Part shown: positions 13,826 through 28,897 of the stretch, piece by piece
Numbering within the stretch: position 1 is the first letter of the stretch
Layout: every line of letters starts with the position of its first letter
Origin: the human T2T-CHM13v2.0 reference genome, Homo sapiens
Length of the DNA: 64,000 nt
NCBI RefSeq assembly: GCF_009914755.1
Contig: NC_060930.1
Reading direction: 5' to 3' (one strand)
The notes under the pieces: model-generated
What the model saw: the letters and a program-made list of their open reading frames with translations, nothing else
What the model was told of the DNA's origin: nothing
The model's database searches: none
Made by a program: the position numbers and the translations under genes

Positions 13826-16215
13826 GGCTAGCCTGCCTCAATCTTAAAATGTAGAAAATGTGCCCATTTTCTGAAGTGAAGGTATTATGTGCCTCTCTTC
13901 AATATGTAGAAAAATCAAAATCATCATCATGATTCACCCAACGTGTGTAATGGCCGACCCTGAACAGCGAGTCAAATGTTTTCCTTTAGAAGAGGGTTCA
14001 CAGCTGTGCTGGGCATCTTCCTGTTTTATTTGTGACCATGGGTGCCTTTGCAAATCCATTTGTGACTAAATTCACAAAAATTTAGTCACCAAAAAAATGA
14101 GAAGAAGCAATATGTAATTGCCCTTTGAAATTGATTTGCAAACCATTGTTTATTTCAGCTCAGTGTTTTAAAATGATATTCACAATAATGTGAATGTCTC
14201 TTCCTGCCCCAGTTCATTCTATGGTCCATGCATGTTTCTGAATCATATGGCTGAGCTATAATCCCCAGAAACCAGGGACAGCTGTCCGTGGACGGACATG
14301 CTTTTCTGGAAGGATCTCTCCACTGGACACCTTACAGCTGGTGGGAATTACCTGAGCCATGGTGATATGGAAAAACCCACATCAGTCAGGATGCTATGAC
14401 TAATAGAGTCTAATATAGTTCTTTAAAAGAGGTAATTAATTTGTTAGCACAAAATGGCCAGAATGATTTATAGAAATAAAATAGATACTGCATATAAATA
14501 AGTACTTACTGTTGATGTCATCATTGGAGGCAGTGTAGACATGCATAAACAGATGGAAAATGGGGCTGTTGATTAGATACTAGTTCTGCCCTCTATTGCC
14601 TTGGGAAAATTAACCACTCTAAGCTGCAGTTTTTTAATGTGCCTGATGGAGATAATGTTTTCTACTTGTCTGCATCGTGGTGCATGGCACAAGCAGGTAC
14701 CTTAAATATTTGTTTCCTTTTCTTTTTCCATCATAAATAAGGATTTATTATGTGCTGTAACAAATTATTCTTCATGATGATTACTTAATTATTTTTTATT
14801 GACTTGGTTTTTATTTGATTTTTGATGATATTTTAAATTATTACACAATCAGTTACCTTTGATCGTGACTGTATTTGCTAAATACAAAATAGTTACCGTT
14901 CCTTCTGTGAGCAAAGCAATCGGCTCAGGGCTAATGTTCACTGGCACGGTGCTTACCCAGGATTTCCCTCCTTCCTTCCCAGCCCTTAAATCTCCTCCCT
15001 CCCACCATCCTCCTGATGAAATACATTCCCAAACCATAGCCTGTTTAGAGGTTGTGGCACATGGCCATCTTCAATATAGCAGTCCACTCTGAATTTAAAT
15101 TTGTCACCATTTTCCTTAGAGGGAATGAGAAGGAAAATGAATTTAATTTAGTATAAAAAATAAACATTTCTGGGCACTGGAAATGTCTGTGGTGTTTTAA
15201 GAGCTGTTATCATTAATCAGTCAAGCATGTTTACCCAGACCCAGGATTGCTTATGAAACTGAACCGCACGCCCCGAAGCCCTTCAATGAGAGATGGCCAC
15301 CAAAAGCTGAGGCAGGGAGTGCGTGTTCCCGGTCATCGTCACAGGCCCCAGCTGCTCACGGGGGTGGCATCTTTCAGAGCATGCTCCTCATGGCTGAAAG
15401 GAGGTGACACAAAGCAGTCGTTGGAAGTATTGGAAAGCACCACGTGTGCTATTGTTACCTTGTGGCTCTCCAGTTCTGGCCAGGGTATTTTCTTGTGGTT
15501 GTGCTTCTAATAGTCCATCCTGTTATAATTTTCAAAGGCAACATCATCTGCATGAATTCTTTTTATGCCAGTTGTAAAACAGCCATGATAATTATTATCA
15601 TTAGGTGATTCTCACCACACAAAAGGGGGCATGGCATCTGCCAGGCGGGGAAGGTTATTTAGGAGCCAACAAAGCCAGGAGGTGGGCAGGCAGCACTCGC
15701 AGTCTGCGCTGGAACGAGCAGAGTCTGGGCCGGGGAGAGCTGGTGCGCGTGTCACTTGAATGTGCGCCTCCACTGCCCACAAAACACTTCCCTTAGAAAC
15801 AAAGGCAAAAAGGAAGCCCAACATAGAAAACGTGAAACCAAAAAACAGCAGATTCATTCATTCAAGACACATGTGTTGAGTTCTAATTATATGCTTGACA
15901 CAGGTCTAGGCTCTAGTGAGGAACCTGAAACAAGGCAACACTCCTCCCTGCCCAGAGGTAGCACAGGCGTTCCAGAGGGAGAGAGCGATAATGAGCACTT
16001 GCATATTTAATATAATGCCCGACGGGGCAGCATTCACTGAGAAAGCAGAGAGCAAGGGGAGGAGATAAAGGCTGACCGGAGGGCAGGGGGCCTATTTCAC
16101 ATGGAGGTCATGGGAAACAACTGAGGGAGATGACATTTGGCAAGAGACCTAATGAAGTGAGTAAGTCGTAAGAATTCAGGGGAGAAGGGAAGTGTTCTAA
16201 GTGGAAAGGACCAGC

Positions 16216-16345
16216 AAGTGCAAAGGCCCTGAGGCATACACGAATGTGATCCGGGAAGTGCAAAGGCCCTGAGGCATACACGAATGTGATCCGGGAAGTG
16301 CAAAGGCCCTGAGGCATACACGAATGTGATCCAGGAAGAGCAAAG
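16216..16345. repeat. 40-bp tandem repeat, ~3.2 copies
   Basis: Unit aagtgcaaaggccctgaggcatacacgaatgtgatccggg. First two copies identical, third has one change, no spacers. Confidence 0.95.
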
Positions 16346-16722
16346 TGGTCCTCCAGGCAATCACAGAAAAAGAGGGCAAGAACAATGGGGTGGAGGTCGA
16401 TGAGCTACGCAGGAAGCAGGTCAGGGCGGATACCACGGGCTGCACAGTGAGGAGTTTGGATGGAATTGTGGGATTTTGATGGGCAGGAGAGAGGATGATA
16501 TGATTTGTGTGTATAGAGATCGGCTATAGGGTTGCAAGAGTCTGAAACATGGAGAAGAATTTGCAGGCGTTTGCGTTAGCCTAGGCCTGCAATGGTGATG
16601 GCTCTGAAAGGAGTGGAGGCAGATGTGAGGAGCAGGTGCATTTGAGCTGTGCTTTGCAGGTAGAACTGGAGGCCTTGCTGATGGAGTGAATGTGAGGAGG
16701 GTGAGAAAAAAGATAAACTATT

Positions 16723-16992
16723 ACAGCATAGTAGTGCTTATGAGCAAAGACTAACCCTAACCCTAGGGTTAGGAGATGATAAGAGCCTACGTCGTTCAAG
16801 TCTTGTCTTTGCTCCTTACTAGCTGTGTAAATTTGGGCAAGGTATTTAACCTGTCTGTGCCCATCTGTAAAATGGGGATGATCATAGTATCTCCTTCGAC
16901 TGGGGATTGTGAGTGTGCATGGGACACACACACACGTGTTTAGAACACAATCTGGCCTCCAATAAGAATATATGTGTTAGTAATTACTATTA
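16723..16992 (+). mobile_element. MIR
   Basis: actagctgtgtaaatttgggcaaggtatttaacctgtctgtg...catctgtaaaatggggat core. Confidence 0.75.
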
Positions 16993-17892
16993 TTGGTGAA
17001 TTAAGCAATTAGGTGAATTTGGTGCCATTTACTGAGATGGAGAAGACTGGAGGAGGAGTGAATTTTGGGGAAAATCTTAGGAATTCTGTTTCGGAAGTGT
17101 TCAGTTTAAGATGTTTATCAGACTTATACACAGAGGTGTTGAGCTGGACATAGGAATCTGAAGGTCCCAGGGAAAAAGGAACTAGAAATAGAGATGCGAT
17201 CTTTAAAGCATGACTCCTGAAAGAGATCAGAAACATTGAGAGCTTGGGGAAAGGAGGAAGAGTCAGCAAAGGGAGTTAAAAGAAAGGGCCGACAGTGTTG
17301 GAGAAAATTAAGTGTTCATTTTCTAAGAGAAACAGTGCTTCAAGAAAGAGGCAAGGCCAACTCACAAAGTCCAGTAAAGTTTGGAGCCATGGACGCTGCA
17401 ACTTGTACAAGAGGCTTCAGTGTTGTGTGAGGTCAGACGCCTTTGCGGAGTGGGCCTGGAGAGCAGGCAGGTGAGAAAGTGCAGATGGTGTATTAGAAAG
17501 GCAGCCGCCAGGGTGCCTCCACCCAGATGCGTGCAAGCTTGAGCTTTACAAACCCTTCACTTTCATGTTGGCACTGCTGTAAGGCCCATGGTTTTCTTGT
17601 TCCCTTCCTATTCTTTCAGGAAGGAATCAGAGTCAGCAATGATGGTTCTGTTGCTTAAAACTAGTGACACTGGCACACTCACCTGAATGGTGCACAATTT
17701 GGCACAAACGGATTTATGGATGTGAGTTGGAAATTGAGAGATTCTGTGTCCTAAAACCAATCTATAGATGATGATCTCCAGGTAATAGAAAGTTTTCCTG
17801 CCCTCTAAAATGATCCTATGTGTTTAATACAAATGTGCAAATAAATAAGACATCTGTACTAGCAATGAAAAGCAATCAGACAAATCGTGTAA

Positions 17893-18233
<341 letters not shown>

Positions 18234-18249
18234 TAACCTGTCCCTTCCT

Positions 18250-18590
18250 TTATGGACTTAATTGCGTCTTCCCAACATTCACATGTTGAAGTATGTGACT
18301 GTATGTGGAGATGGGACCTATAAGGAGATAACCAAGGTTAAATGAGATTGGAAGGGTAGGGCCTTGATCCAACAGGACTGATGTCCTTATAAGAAGAGAG
18401 AGAGGCATGAGGGCCATGGGAGGACACAGCAAGGGGCGCCATCTGCAAGACAAGGAGAGGTCTCAGAAGAAACCAGGCATGCCGATCTTGATCTCGATCA
18501 CTGACTTGCGGCCTCTGAAACTCAAAAACGTGTTGTTTAAGCCAACCTGTCTCTGGTACTTTGTCACAGCAGCTGGAGCTGACTAATACA
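18250..18590 (+). mobile_element. MLT1A-type MaLR LTR
   Basis: aaggttaaatgag...gactgatgtccttataagaag...gtttaagccaacc...gactaataca. Confidence 0.8.
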
Positions 18591-19770
18591 CTTAACCTCA
18601 CATACCTATTTGAATGATGTTCTTTAATCTCTTTAATCATGGTATCTCTTTAATCTCTTCCCTCTCCAGCAACCCCACTGTCGGTGCCCTCATTCAGGCA
18701 CTCACTACCTTCTTCCTGCACCATTAGAAAAGTCTTCATATTGGTTTCATGTCTGCCCTAATCAACCCATTCCCTACACTCTTTCCAAGTCATCTGTCTT
18801 AGGACCAGAGCCAGGAATAGGATTAATTGGAGTCAGAGCTTCCCTTTAGGGCACTTCACCTGTTGGAGAACTGGAGAAAATATGAAGAGGATGCTCACTA
18901 CGGGTGCAGGTTCCTAAGCACCACAGGAGTGTTGAAAGACAGAAACAAGCTGTAAACCCAGAGACACGCTGGGAAGAGGGAGCCCCAGCAGCCACTGCAG
19001 TGAGCTGGCCACTTGGCCACGCACAGGAAGTGGAATTTATTCATTCATTGATTTGCTCAATCATGTTGAATGAGCACAAATATATCTCTGACTTTGTTGA
19101 GCTTCTATCCTGGTGAGTGGAGACACTTAAACATAGGCATAAGTTAATGAGATGATTTAGGATGAAAAGGGGTGCTATGAAGATTCTGAAAGGGGCAGTG
19201 GGATGGTGGGAAGGGGTGCTTCTGGTAGCATGGTCAGATAAGTGGACAGAGGAAGTGACGGGACTCCTGGGATATGAAAGATGAGAGGTAGCTGGCCATG
19301 CAGGGGAATAACATCCCATGTAGAGGAAACTGCTCTTGCAAAGTAGATAAGATGGGTGGAGCCTACAGGCAGGGTCAGAGGGATTTCAGGTGTTGTGGAC
19401 TGAGAAGCGCTAGATATAGCATCTTGTTGGCCATGGGAGGTGTGTTTCATCCTAATTAGACTGGTGGCCTCTGGGGGGTTGTGAACTGGGAGATGATAAG
19501 ATTTTATCTCTATTTTAAGGTGGTCCTAGCTGCTGAGGGTGGAGGTGTTGCTGCTACACTGGGGTGTCAGCAATAGGAATCGGCAGGGGATGGAAGGCTC
19601 AGAGTTTCTTTTGGCAGTTAAGCTGCTGGGATTTGCTATTAGGTGGAATATGTTTGTGAGTGAAAGAGGGGCATTAAGTGTCCAGGAGGACGGTGGTGAC
19701 ATGGACTGAGAGAAGCAGGTTTGGGTGTGCCGATTTAGAGTTACAGTTTAGCTTGGGTAAGTTTCCGATG

Positions 19771-20275
19771 CAGTCATGCGTTACTTAACGATGGGGACAC
19801 ACTCCGAGAAATTCATCATTTACAGGTTTTGTCATTTTGTGAACATCAAAGAGTGAACTTGCACAAACCTGATACAGCACTAGCTTGTCCAACCTGCTGG
19901 CTGCAGGCCACTTGTGGCCCAGGATGGCTTTGAATGCAGCCCAACACAAACTTGTAAACTTTCTTAACACATATTTTTTTTCAATTTTTTTTTTTTAGCT
20001 CACCAGCTATCATTAGTGTTAGTGTATTTTATGTGTGACCCAAGACAATCCTTCTTCCAGTGTGGCCCAGGGAAGCCAAAAGATTGGACACTTCTAGTAT
20101 AGCCTATTGCTCCTAGGCTACAAACCTGCACAGCATGTGCAGTTGTGACACAATGGTGTTTGTGTATCTTAACATGGAAAGGTAGAGTAAAAATATGGTA
20201 TCTTATTGTCTTATGGGCCCACCATCATAGATGCAGTCTCTCATTGACCAAAATTTTGTTATGTGTCACATGATG
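19771..20275 (+). mobile_element. Tigger3a/MER7-type (TcMar-Tigger) non-autonomous DNA transposon
   Basis: cagtcatgcg start, tatagcctattgctcctaggctacaaacctg core, ..gttatgtgtcacatga end. Split by MER30. Confidence 0.8.
19880..20096 (-). mobile_element. MER30 (hAT-Charlie) DNA transposon
   Basis: agcttgtccaacc...cagggaagccaaaagattggacac, matching antisense MER30 with TIR-like ends. Confidence 0.85.
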
Positions 20276-21106
20276 TTAGTACTAGATGTTACAGAAAGGG
20301 AGATTGGCAAATGCGTTCACAGATACCACTTAGGAAGTAAGAAAAGGGCCCAGATGGAGCGCTGCATTTGGCCAGAGGAACGTAGTTGGTGCTTTTGATA
20401 AGAGCCATTTTAGCTGAGCCATGAAGATGAAAACTGCTTCCACCAGAGCATGTTCGAGAGAGAATGTGAGGCCAGAAGGTGGAAAGTTTTGTGGAGAAGA
20501 GTAGAGAAGTGGGGGTAGGGAATCTCCAAGGGATGTGGGGTAAAAGAAGGAGTTATTTATGCTGAACTAGAGCAAGGCTTGCTTGTCTGCTGCCGGGAAT
20601 GAAGCCTTCCAACTGGTGGTGCAGGAGACAGGGCCCGTCAGAAGGAGCTGGGTTCTCCTGCGGCTGGTGAGGTGAGGCACGGAGCACAAGTGATGGTGCT
20701 GAAAAAGCTAAAGTTGGGGAATGGAGGTTTTTTCCATTAGAAGAAATTTTTCTCCTAATGATACCAGGAGGATTTTTCCTCCTAATATCACTATATGATA
20801 CTTTTATCTTTTATGCTGTGAATATTAAATGCCATTTGACTTTAATGGTACTATATAAACACGATGTATAATGCAAGTACTAACATTATAATTGTAATTT
20901 TAAAGAATAGTTTAATGAATGTAATGACTATTCAAATATCGCGCTAATAATTTACCATGAAGTAACAACTTTTCACTATGTTTATAGCAGATTAAGAAAA
21001 ATGTCCCTTTTGGGGAGAATAGCGATAGACCAATTTTTGGATTTGAAAATCAGCGTCAATTTCCACTGTAGACTTTGGAAATGACCCTTTGCTTATGAGC
21101 TCCAAG

Positions 21107-21129
21107 CACCCACTAGAGGGCGCATGCGA
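21107..21129 (+). promoter_or_regulatory. Strong CTCF motif overlapping an NRF1-like motif
   Basis: CCACTAGAGGGCGC at 21110-21123 fits the CTCF core. GCGCATGCG at 21120-21128. Lies in a small CpG-containing patch. Confidence 0.6.
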
Positions 21130-22116
21130 AGGCCTCTCCAGGCACGCAAAGGAGCCGCCGGAGCCCTTTCCTTAGGAGGCGGATCTTAAACCAAATGTAA
21201 ACAATTTTGCTTCATAACAGTGATGACTTACTTGTTGCTGTTTCCTAGGCAGCGAATTTAAGGGTAATGATCAAAAAGCTAAAGTTAGACGATTGAAGTT
21301 TTCTCCTTACTTGAACATTTCTTTTGTAAAAGCACATCTGTTAAACAAAAAAGATGAATATTGTTAAGCTTTTGCAGAGGTATATAAGTTCCTGAAGTCT
21401 TTTGAGATGAAAAAATGAAATCAAAATGCAAAACGCAATAATGATATATTCTGAAAGAAACTCCTCTTTGGTATTCTGTTATCAAATAGCCTTAGTGGGA
21501 AATGAATATATAGAGTCCAACTACCATTTCTCTATGGAAATAAAGCCCACGAGGTCTTTCCTTTCTTACCCAGTCCATTCCCTGATTTTAAACATTCAAT
21601 AAGTTCCAAGCCAAGAAATGCATTTTTCTTCCTTTTGATGATTTTCTGTGGTTCCTTAGGATGGTTTGTAGAATATATTACGGCTCTGTTGACCCCTGCA
21701 GGCAGTTTCCAGATCTTCGTGGTTTCCTCTACAGCTGTGGGTATTTCTCTTGTGAAACCACAGGTCAGTTCAGAACCACAGAACTTATCCTGACAATTAG
21801 AATTTTAGCCACTGTCCTGTGGGATTTTCAGAGCCACAAGGACTCCATGCTTTCAGTCCAGATCCTTAAATTAGTACCATCTGATGCCTGAAACATTCAT
21901 GTGTTATCCAAGGATCCGAGGTCAACCTTTCTCAACTTTTTATTGAAAGTTAGCATATGTGCCCATCTCCTACATGTCCCCACAAATACCCTCCCTAGAA
22001 TGCAAGATCATGAGAATGAGGATTTGGCCTTCCCTATGTGTTCTCGTGCCTGCCCCGTTGCCTAGTACCTGGCCTTTGTAGCATGGCTGAGTCCTTCCTT
22101 AGGGTCTCATTTAGAG

Positions 22117-22298
22117 CAGTGGGTTTCAAACGTTAGATTGCATTCAACTCTGCTAGAGGGCTCGAAAAAACACGGATTTCTGGGCCCTATTCCCAGAGTT
22201 TCTGATTCATAAAGTCTGGGGAGTGGAAGAAAATCTGTATTCTAACAAGTTTCCAGGTGATGTTCTTGACGTGACAGCTAAGTTTTGAGTCCCACAGG
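22117..22298. mobile_element. MER5A (hAT-Charlie)
   Basis: cagtgg start, ccagagtttctgattca and tctaacaagtttccaggtgat cores. 8-bp TSD (a/g)tttagag. Confidence 0.8.
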
Positions 22299-22857
22299 GT
22301 TTAGAGCATTATGAGTTCCATCAGAAAGAAGAAAGGACATGCCTGATGCTGCAGAGTTCAGTTTCGACTGAGGGAGGGAACATGGCTAGTCTTCACATGG
22401 AAAGATAACCCTCATCAAGGGCATCACTGATCTTTGAGCCATGTTAAACGTGTAATGCCTGTCAACTGAATAGGACCTCTGGGCATGGAGAGAGGATGGT
22501 ATGGAAATAGTCAAGTTGTTTGTTTGGAACTGGGTATGCAGTCACTTCTCACTGATTTCCCTGTGCTATTGTATTAACACTATGACAGTGTATAAAGTAT
22601 GAATTATTAACCACTTAGGCTTTTTAGCAAAGGAAGTATTTGTCTCAGTGATATCTACAATGGAAGTATTCATTTCTCCATTCACTTTTCGGAGGCATGG
22701 GTTTGGTCCTGGCTTTGCAATTACAGGCAGGAACCAGTAGGAGAACTGATCATCTGCTCCCATGTTGTATGTCTGCTGGAGGCAATATTTTGCCTTTCCA
22801 TCTCCAAGTGAAGTCCGCCTGGCCCTCCCTGTCTCAGCCTGGACTTTTGGAAGCTGA

Positions 22858-23203
<346 letters not shown>

Positions 23204-23399
23204 TAGGCTTTTTCCACCTGTTTGGATATCTGTTTCTTTAAAAATCCAACATATGCAGCTTCTAAGTTTATGCTTTTCAAACAGGTGTGTGTGCGTTTCC
23301 TGCCATGTGCCAGGGGACATGAAAGAGCACAAAGTCAGCATGGCACCTCCTGGAGCAGGGATTCCAGGATTAGCCAAGTTGGAGGTTTTAGATGGAACT

Positions 23400-23830
23400 G
23401 GCATGCTGCCTGTGCCCTGCACTATGCCACCTCTGTTGCAGCGTAGTGGACAGTCCCCATGCATGCCTTCCCGAGGGCTCATGGACTCTCTCAGCTTACC
23501 AACGGTCTTTCTCTAGAGCAGAAGTAACTTCTCAGCCAGCAGTTAGCCATTGTGGAGGTGCCAGGGGAGTTAATGCCCCTAGGAGCAACTCTTGGTCCTT
23601 GGAGGCAGGAGTCAGCACCCACTGAACGTCAGCATACATTTCCCACCTTCCAGCCCTTCCAAGGGATGATCCTCAGAAGTGTGTTCTGCTGGGTTCCTCC
23701 AAAGCTCTCAGTGAGACCCAGCTCCAGTTGCCCATAGTGGCAACCCAGCTCAACCATGCCCTCCTAACACCTTTTCTTTCTTCCCTGACCTTTCTGCCTG
23801 CACTCAAGTCTTTTCTCAGTTTGCAAAACC
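23400..23830 (+). mobile_element. LTR16-type ERVL LTR
   Basis: ggggagttaatgcccctaggagcaac and ccagttgcccatagtggcaac motifs, plus tgcactcaagtc near the 3' end. Confidence 0.55.
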
Positions 23831-24129
23831 AGGATACACAATATTTAGTATCTCCCAAACGTAAAATAAGTGGAGTGCAAAATTCAAAGAAAATTCAAGA
23901 TGCATAGTAGTGTTTAGAGAACAACATGGGGCTGTCATGATATATTAGACACTTGCTTTCCCTTCCATGAAAAAAAAAATTGGAAAACAATTGCTCTGTG
24001 TTCTAAAGAAGATTCATTATCTGCTGTCTCTTTACTTACTGCATACATACACCTCAGACTTCTGCAGTTTGGCTTCAGACCCCACTTTCCACTGAAACTC
24101 CTAATCAGTAGCCTCTAAATCTTCTTCTC

Positions 24130-25782
<1,653 letters not shown>

Positions 25783-25784
25783 AG

Positions 25785-26328
<544 letters not shown>

Positions 26329-27544
26329 CATTTTTCAGAAGCAAGGTCACTAATTATTTTACCTGTGCTTTTCTTCCTCTGTGATCTGGTGGTTCCCTCT
26401 CCTCTCTTCTGCCCTCCTCCTTCCTTCTCTCCCCTTCCCTCATCCCCTTTCCTCATCCCTCCTTGCAGCTCTGAGTGCTCAAATGCTGTTTGGACTCTTC
26501 CTTCTTATAAACATCATGCTTTTCTCTTTAGCTCATGGCCGAGTTTCTTAGCAAAGTGCTTTATGGAAGTGTAGGGAATAGAGATGTCACATAAAAATGG
26601 AATGAGTTGTGAAAACAGGCAGTTCCCATCTCCCCCAAGATAGGCAAATCTTTTAATGACCTCCCTGGGAGGAGGGAGCCAAGGGCATATTCAGATTTTA
26701 TAGCACCGTGGTTCAGGATATTGAATGAATACAGTTATTTCATGATTAGAAATAAAATACACTTCAGAAAATCTTTAAAATGCCCAACTGTGCAAAGATA
26801 AATTTTACTATATTCATGACTATTCATTTTAATAGTTCTTTTTCCAGTTACTTACCATAGGTCTTATGTAATACTTTTGGCAGAATAAAACAAAGTACCA
26901 TTTCTGCTTTCAAAACAGATCAGTTAATACATTCAAAGCTATTGTCTTTTTCCTCGTCAAAGATGGCATTGTTAGAGCCAGCATATATAAACTTTCTTCC
27001 CTGCTGAGTAGACCACGTGGAAAAATGCTTATTTTTTCTTATAAGAATAAAATTGCAATCTTTCAACAGAACATGTTGATTATGCCATCTGGCACATAAT
27101 TTCTTTGCTTAAATTAAGCTGAGAAATCAATTCAGTGTTGAAAGATATTATCCGTTTAGCATTTTTTTTTTACCTCCAGGCAATTTGAGAGAGGGAAAAA
27201 AATAAGTTGTTTTCTTTTCTAAGTATGTGAATTATATAGGTCTTGAATATTTTCTTCTACATAGGGGAAAATTATAATTTATAAGTAGATAGCTACGATC
27301 CACTGGGATTTCTTGTTCTGAAGTTATGCCAAAGCTGTACTGCGTTACCGGAACCTGCCCTAGAAGACCAGGTGACACTTGAAGATTAGCATCGGTTGAT
27401 AGACGGTGTGATCAAATGATGGCAAAGACCTGTCCTAAGAGTTGTCTACATTTTGCTCAGACTTTTCTTTGTGAAGTAGTTTGTGGGTTCAGGTTGTTGC
27501 CGACAGTAAAGGCACAAATAAATGAGCTTAATACACAAATCCGG

Positions 27545-27569
27545 CTGCCCCCTAGGGCTACCTAGCAAC
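27545..27569 (-). promoter_or_regulatory. CTCF-like motif abutting an RFX-like motif
   Basis: Minus strand reads GCCCTAGGGGGCAG (27545-27558) and GTTGCTAGGTAGC (27557-27569). Confidence 0.3.
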
Positions 27570-28873
27570 GTTAAGGAACTAACAGGTGGTGGGAACTCAT
27601 AAGAACGGAGTGGAAATGACCACTTCTTAACTGGACAGCGGAGGACTGCTCCAGCGGGATCCCCTTGTCAGTTTCTTCCTTGCGTCTCTCCTACCACACG
27701 TCTGTGGAGGTGCAAATCAACACCCAGTCACCAAAGACCTTCCAGGTGAATAGCTAAAGCCATGTACAGCCCTTGACCATTCTATAGCCGCCGAATCGGA
27801 GTTGAGCTGATCGTGAGAGATGCTATTGGGAAGCTCAAACAGATGCAACAAATGCCAGAGGAAAGTGAGCCTTGAACTGGAAGTTGTACATATGGCAGAA
27901 AAATGGGGAAAAGACGCAAATTAGTTGGAATTTTTGCCTTTGTCTCTTTGAGTTATTTTAAAAAGTCATCTTTAAAATAACGATTGAATGTTAAGTTTTG
28001 TTATTTAAATAGTGATTTATTAAGATTAAGAAATAAAGAATAGGAAATTCACATTTATGGAGAGGTATCATACAGAAATCAACCACCTGGGGTCTCACAA
28101 AAACACACCTACCCTGAGTCTTTGATGGCCACCTGCCTGTTGATGTCATTATCCACCTGTCAACTGCCTGGGGCATTGGGGAGAAAAGAAAACTTAAGTG
28201 TTTTCATACCCAAGGAAGTTTATGAAGTAAGTGCAAGCATCACAAATGGAGTTTTAAGAAAGCCTAGATCTGAATTCTAGCGCAGCAATAGGTTCACAAT
28301 ATATTTGGAAAAAGGATAATGTAATTTTTGCTGCAAGGACTTTGCATAACAGTAATAATAATACTTTTCATCACACTTAGGTTTCAAAGCCTATTCATGT
28401 GAATTATGTGCTGTGCTTCTCGTTAACCTCCTGCAAATCTAATATAATGGAGACACAGAACATAATAGTAGATGCTGAGTTGGAGTGAGATCCAAGGTTT
28501 TGGAGCTGAGGAAGTTGAAGCCATTGAAAAACGGCTTGTAATACTTGGCATGTATGCTTGAGACATGCTTGTTCACCATGGTGCCAATTTAAAAGTCATA
28601 GCTAATTGCATGCATTTATAAAAATGAAGGCAGTGTATCCCGGAATCTTGCAGTGACAGCTTTCTCTCAGGGTGATCCCTATTTCACACCATCTGAGACA
28701 CAGGCTTAAAGAGCAGATGGGCAGAAGCCAGTCTCCTGATCGATGGTGGGGTGTCCCGTTCTGAGGCCGGGCTCCCACACTGCAGCTCTGCCTGGCTGGC
28801 TCCCGGTAACACTCAGAAACATGTCTCTGCACTTTGTGGGCATCTGATTCCGTACTCCTGCATCTTAACAAAC

Positions 28874-28897
28874 GAGAGAGAGAGAGAGAGAGAGAGA
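28874..28897. repeat. (GA)12 microsatellite
   Basis: Read directly. Confidence 0.9.

Larger units (their letters stand above)
15852..17480 (-). mobile_element. L2 fragments, interrupted by a MIR and a 40-bp tandem repeat
   Basis: attcattcattcaa 3' terminus at 15852, followed by typical antisense L2 motifs (gatgacatttg, cagcaagtgcaaaggccctgagg, gtgccatttactgagatggagaagactg). Confidence 0.7.
19040..20700 (-). mobile_element. L2 fragments (host of Tigger3a/MER30)
   Basis: ttcattcattg terminus and antisense L2 motifs on both sides of the DNA transposons. Confidence 0.55.

Noticed and set aside
16216-16345. CRISPR-like appearance of the 40-bp repeats
   Set aside because: Head-to-tail copies with no unique spacers, no cas genes, and primate DNA.
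27381-27392. gaagattagcat, matching part of U6 snRNA
   Set aside because: Only 12 nt match and the flanks do not continue U6.
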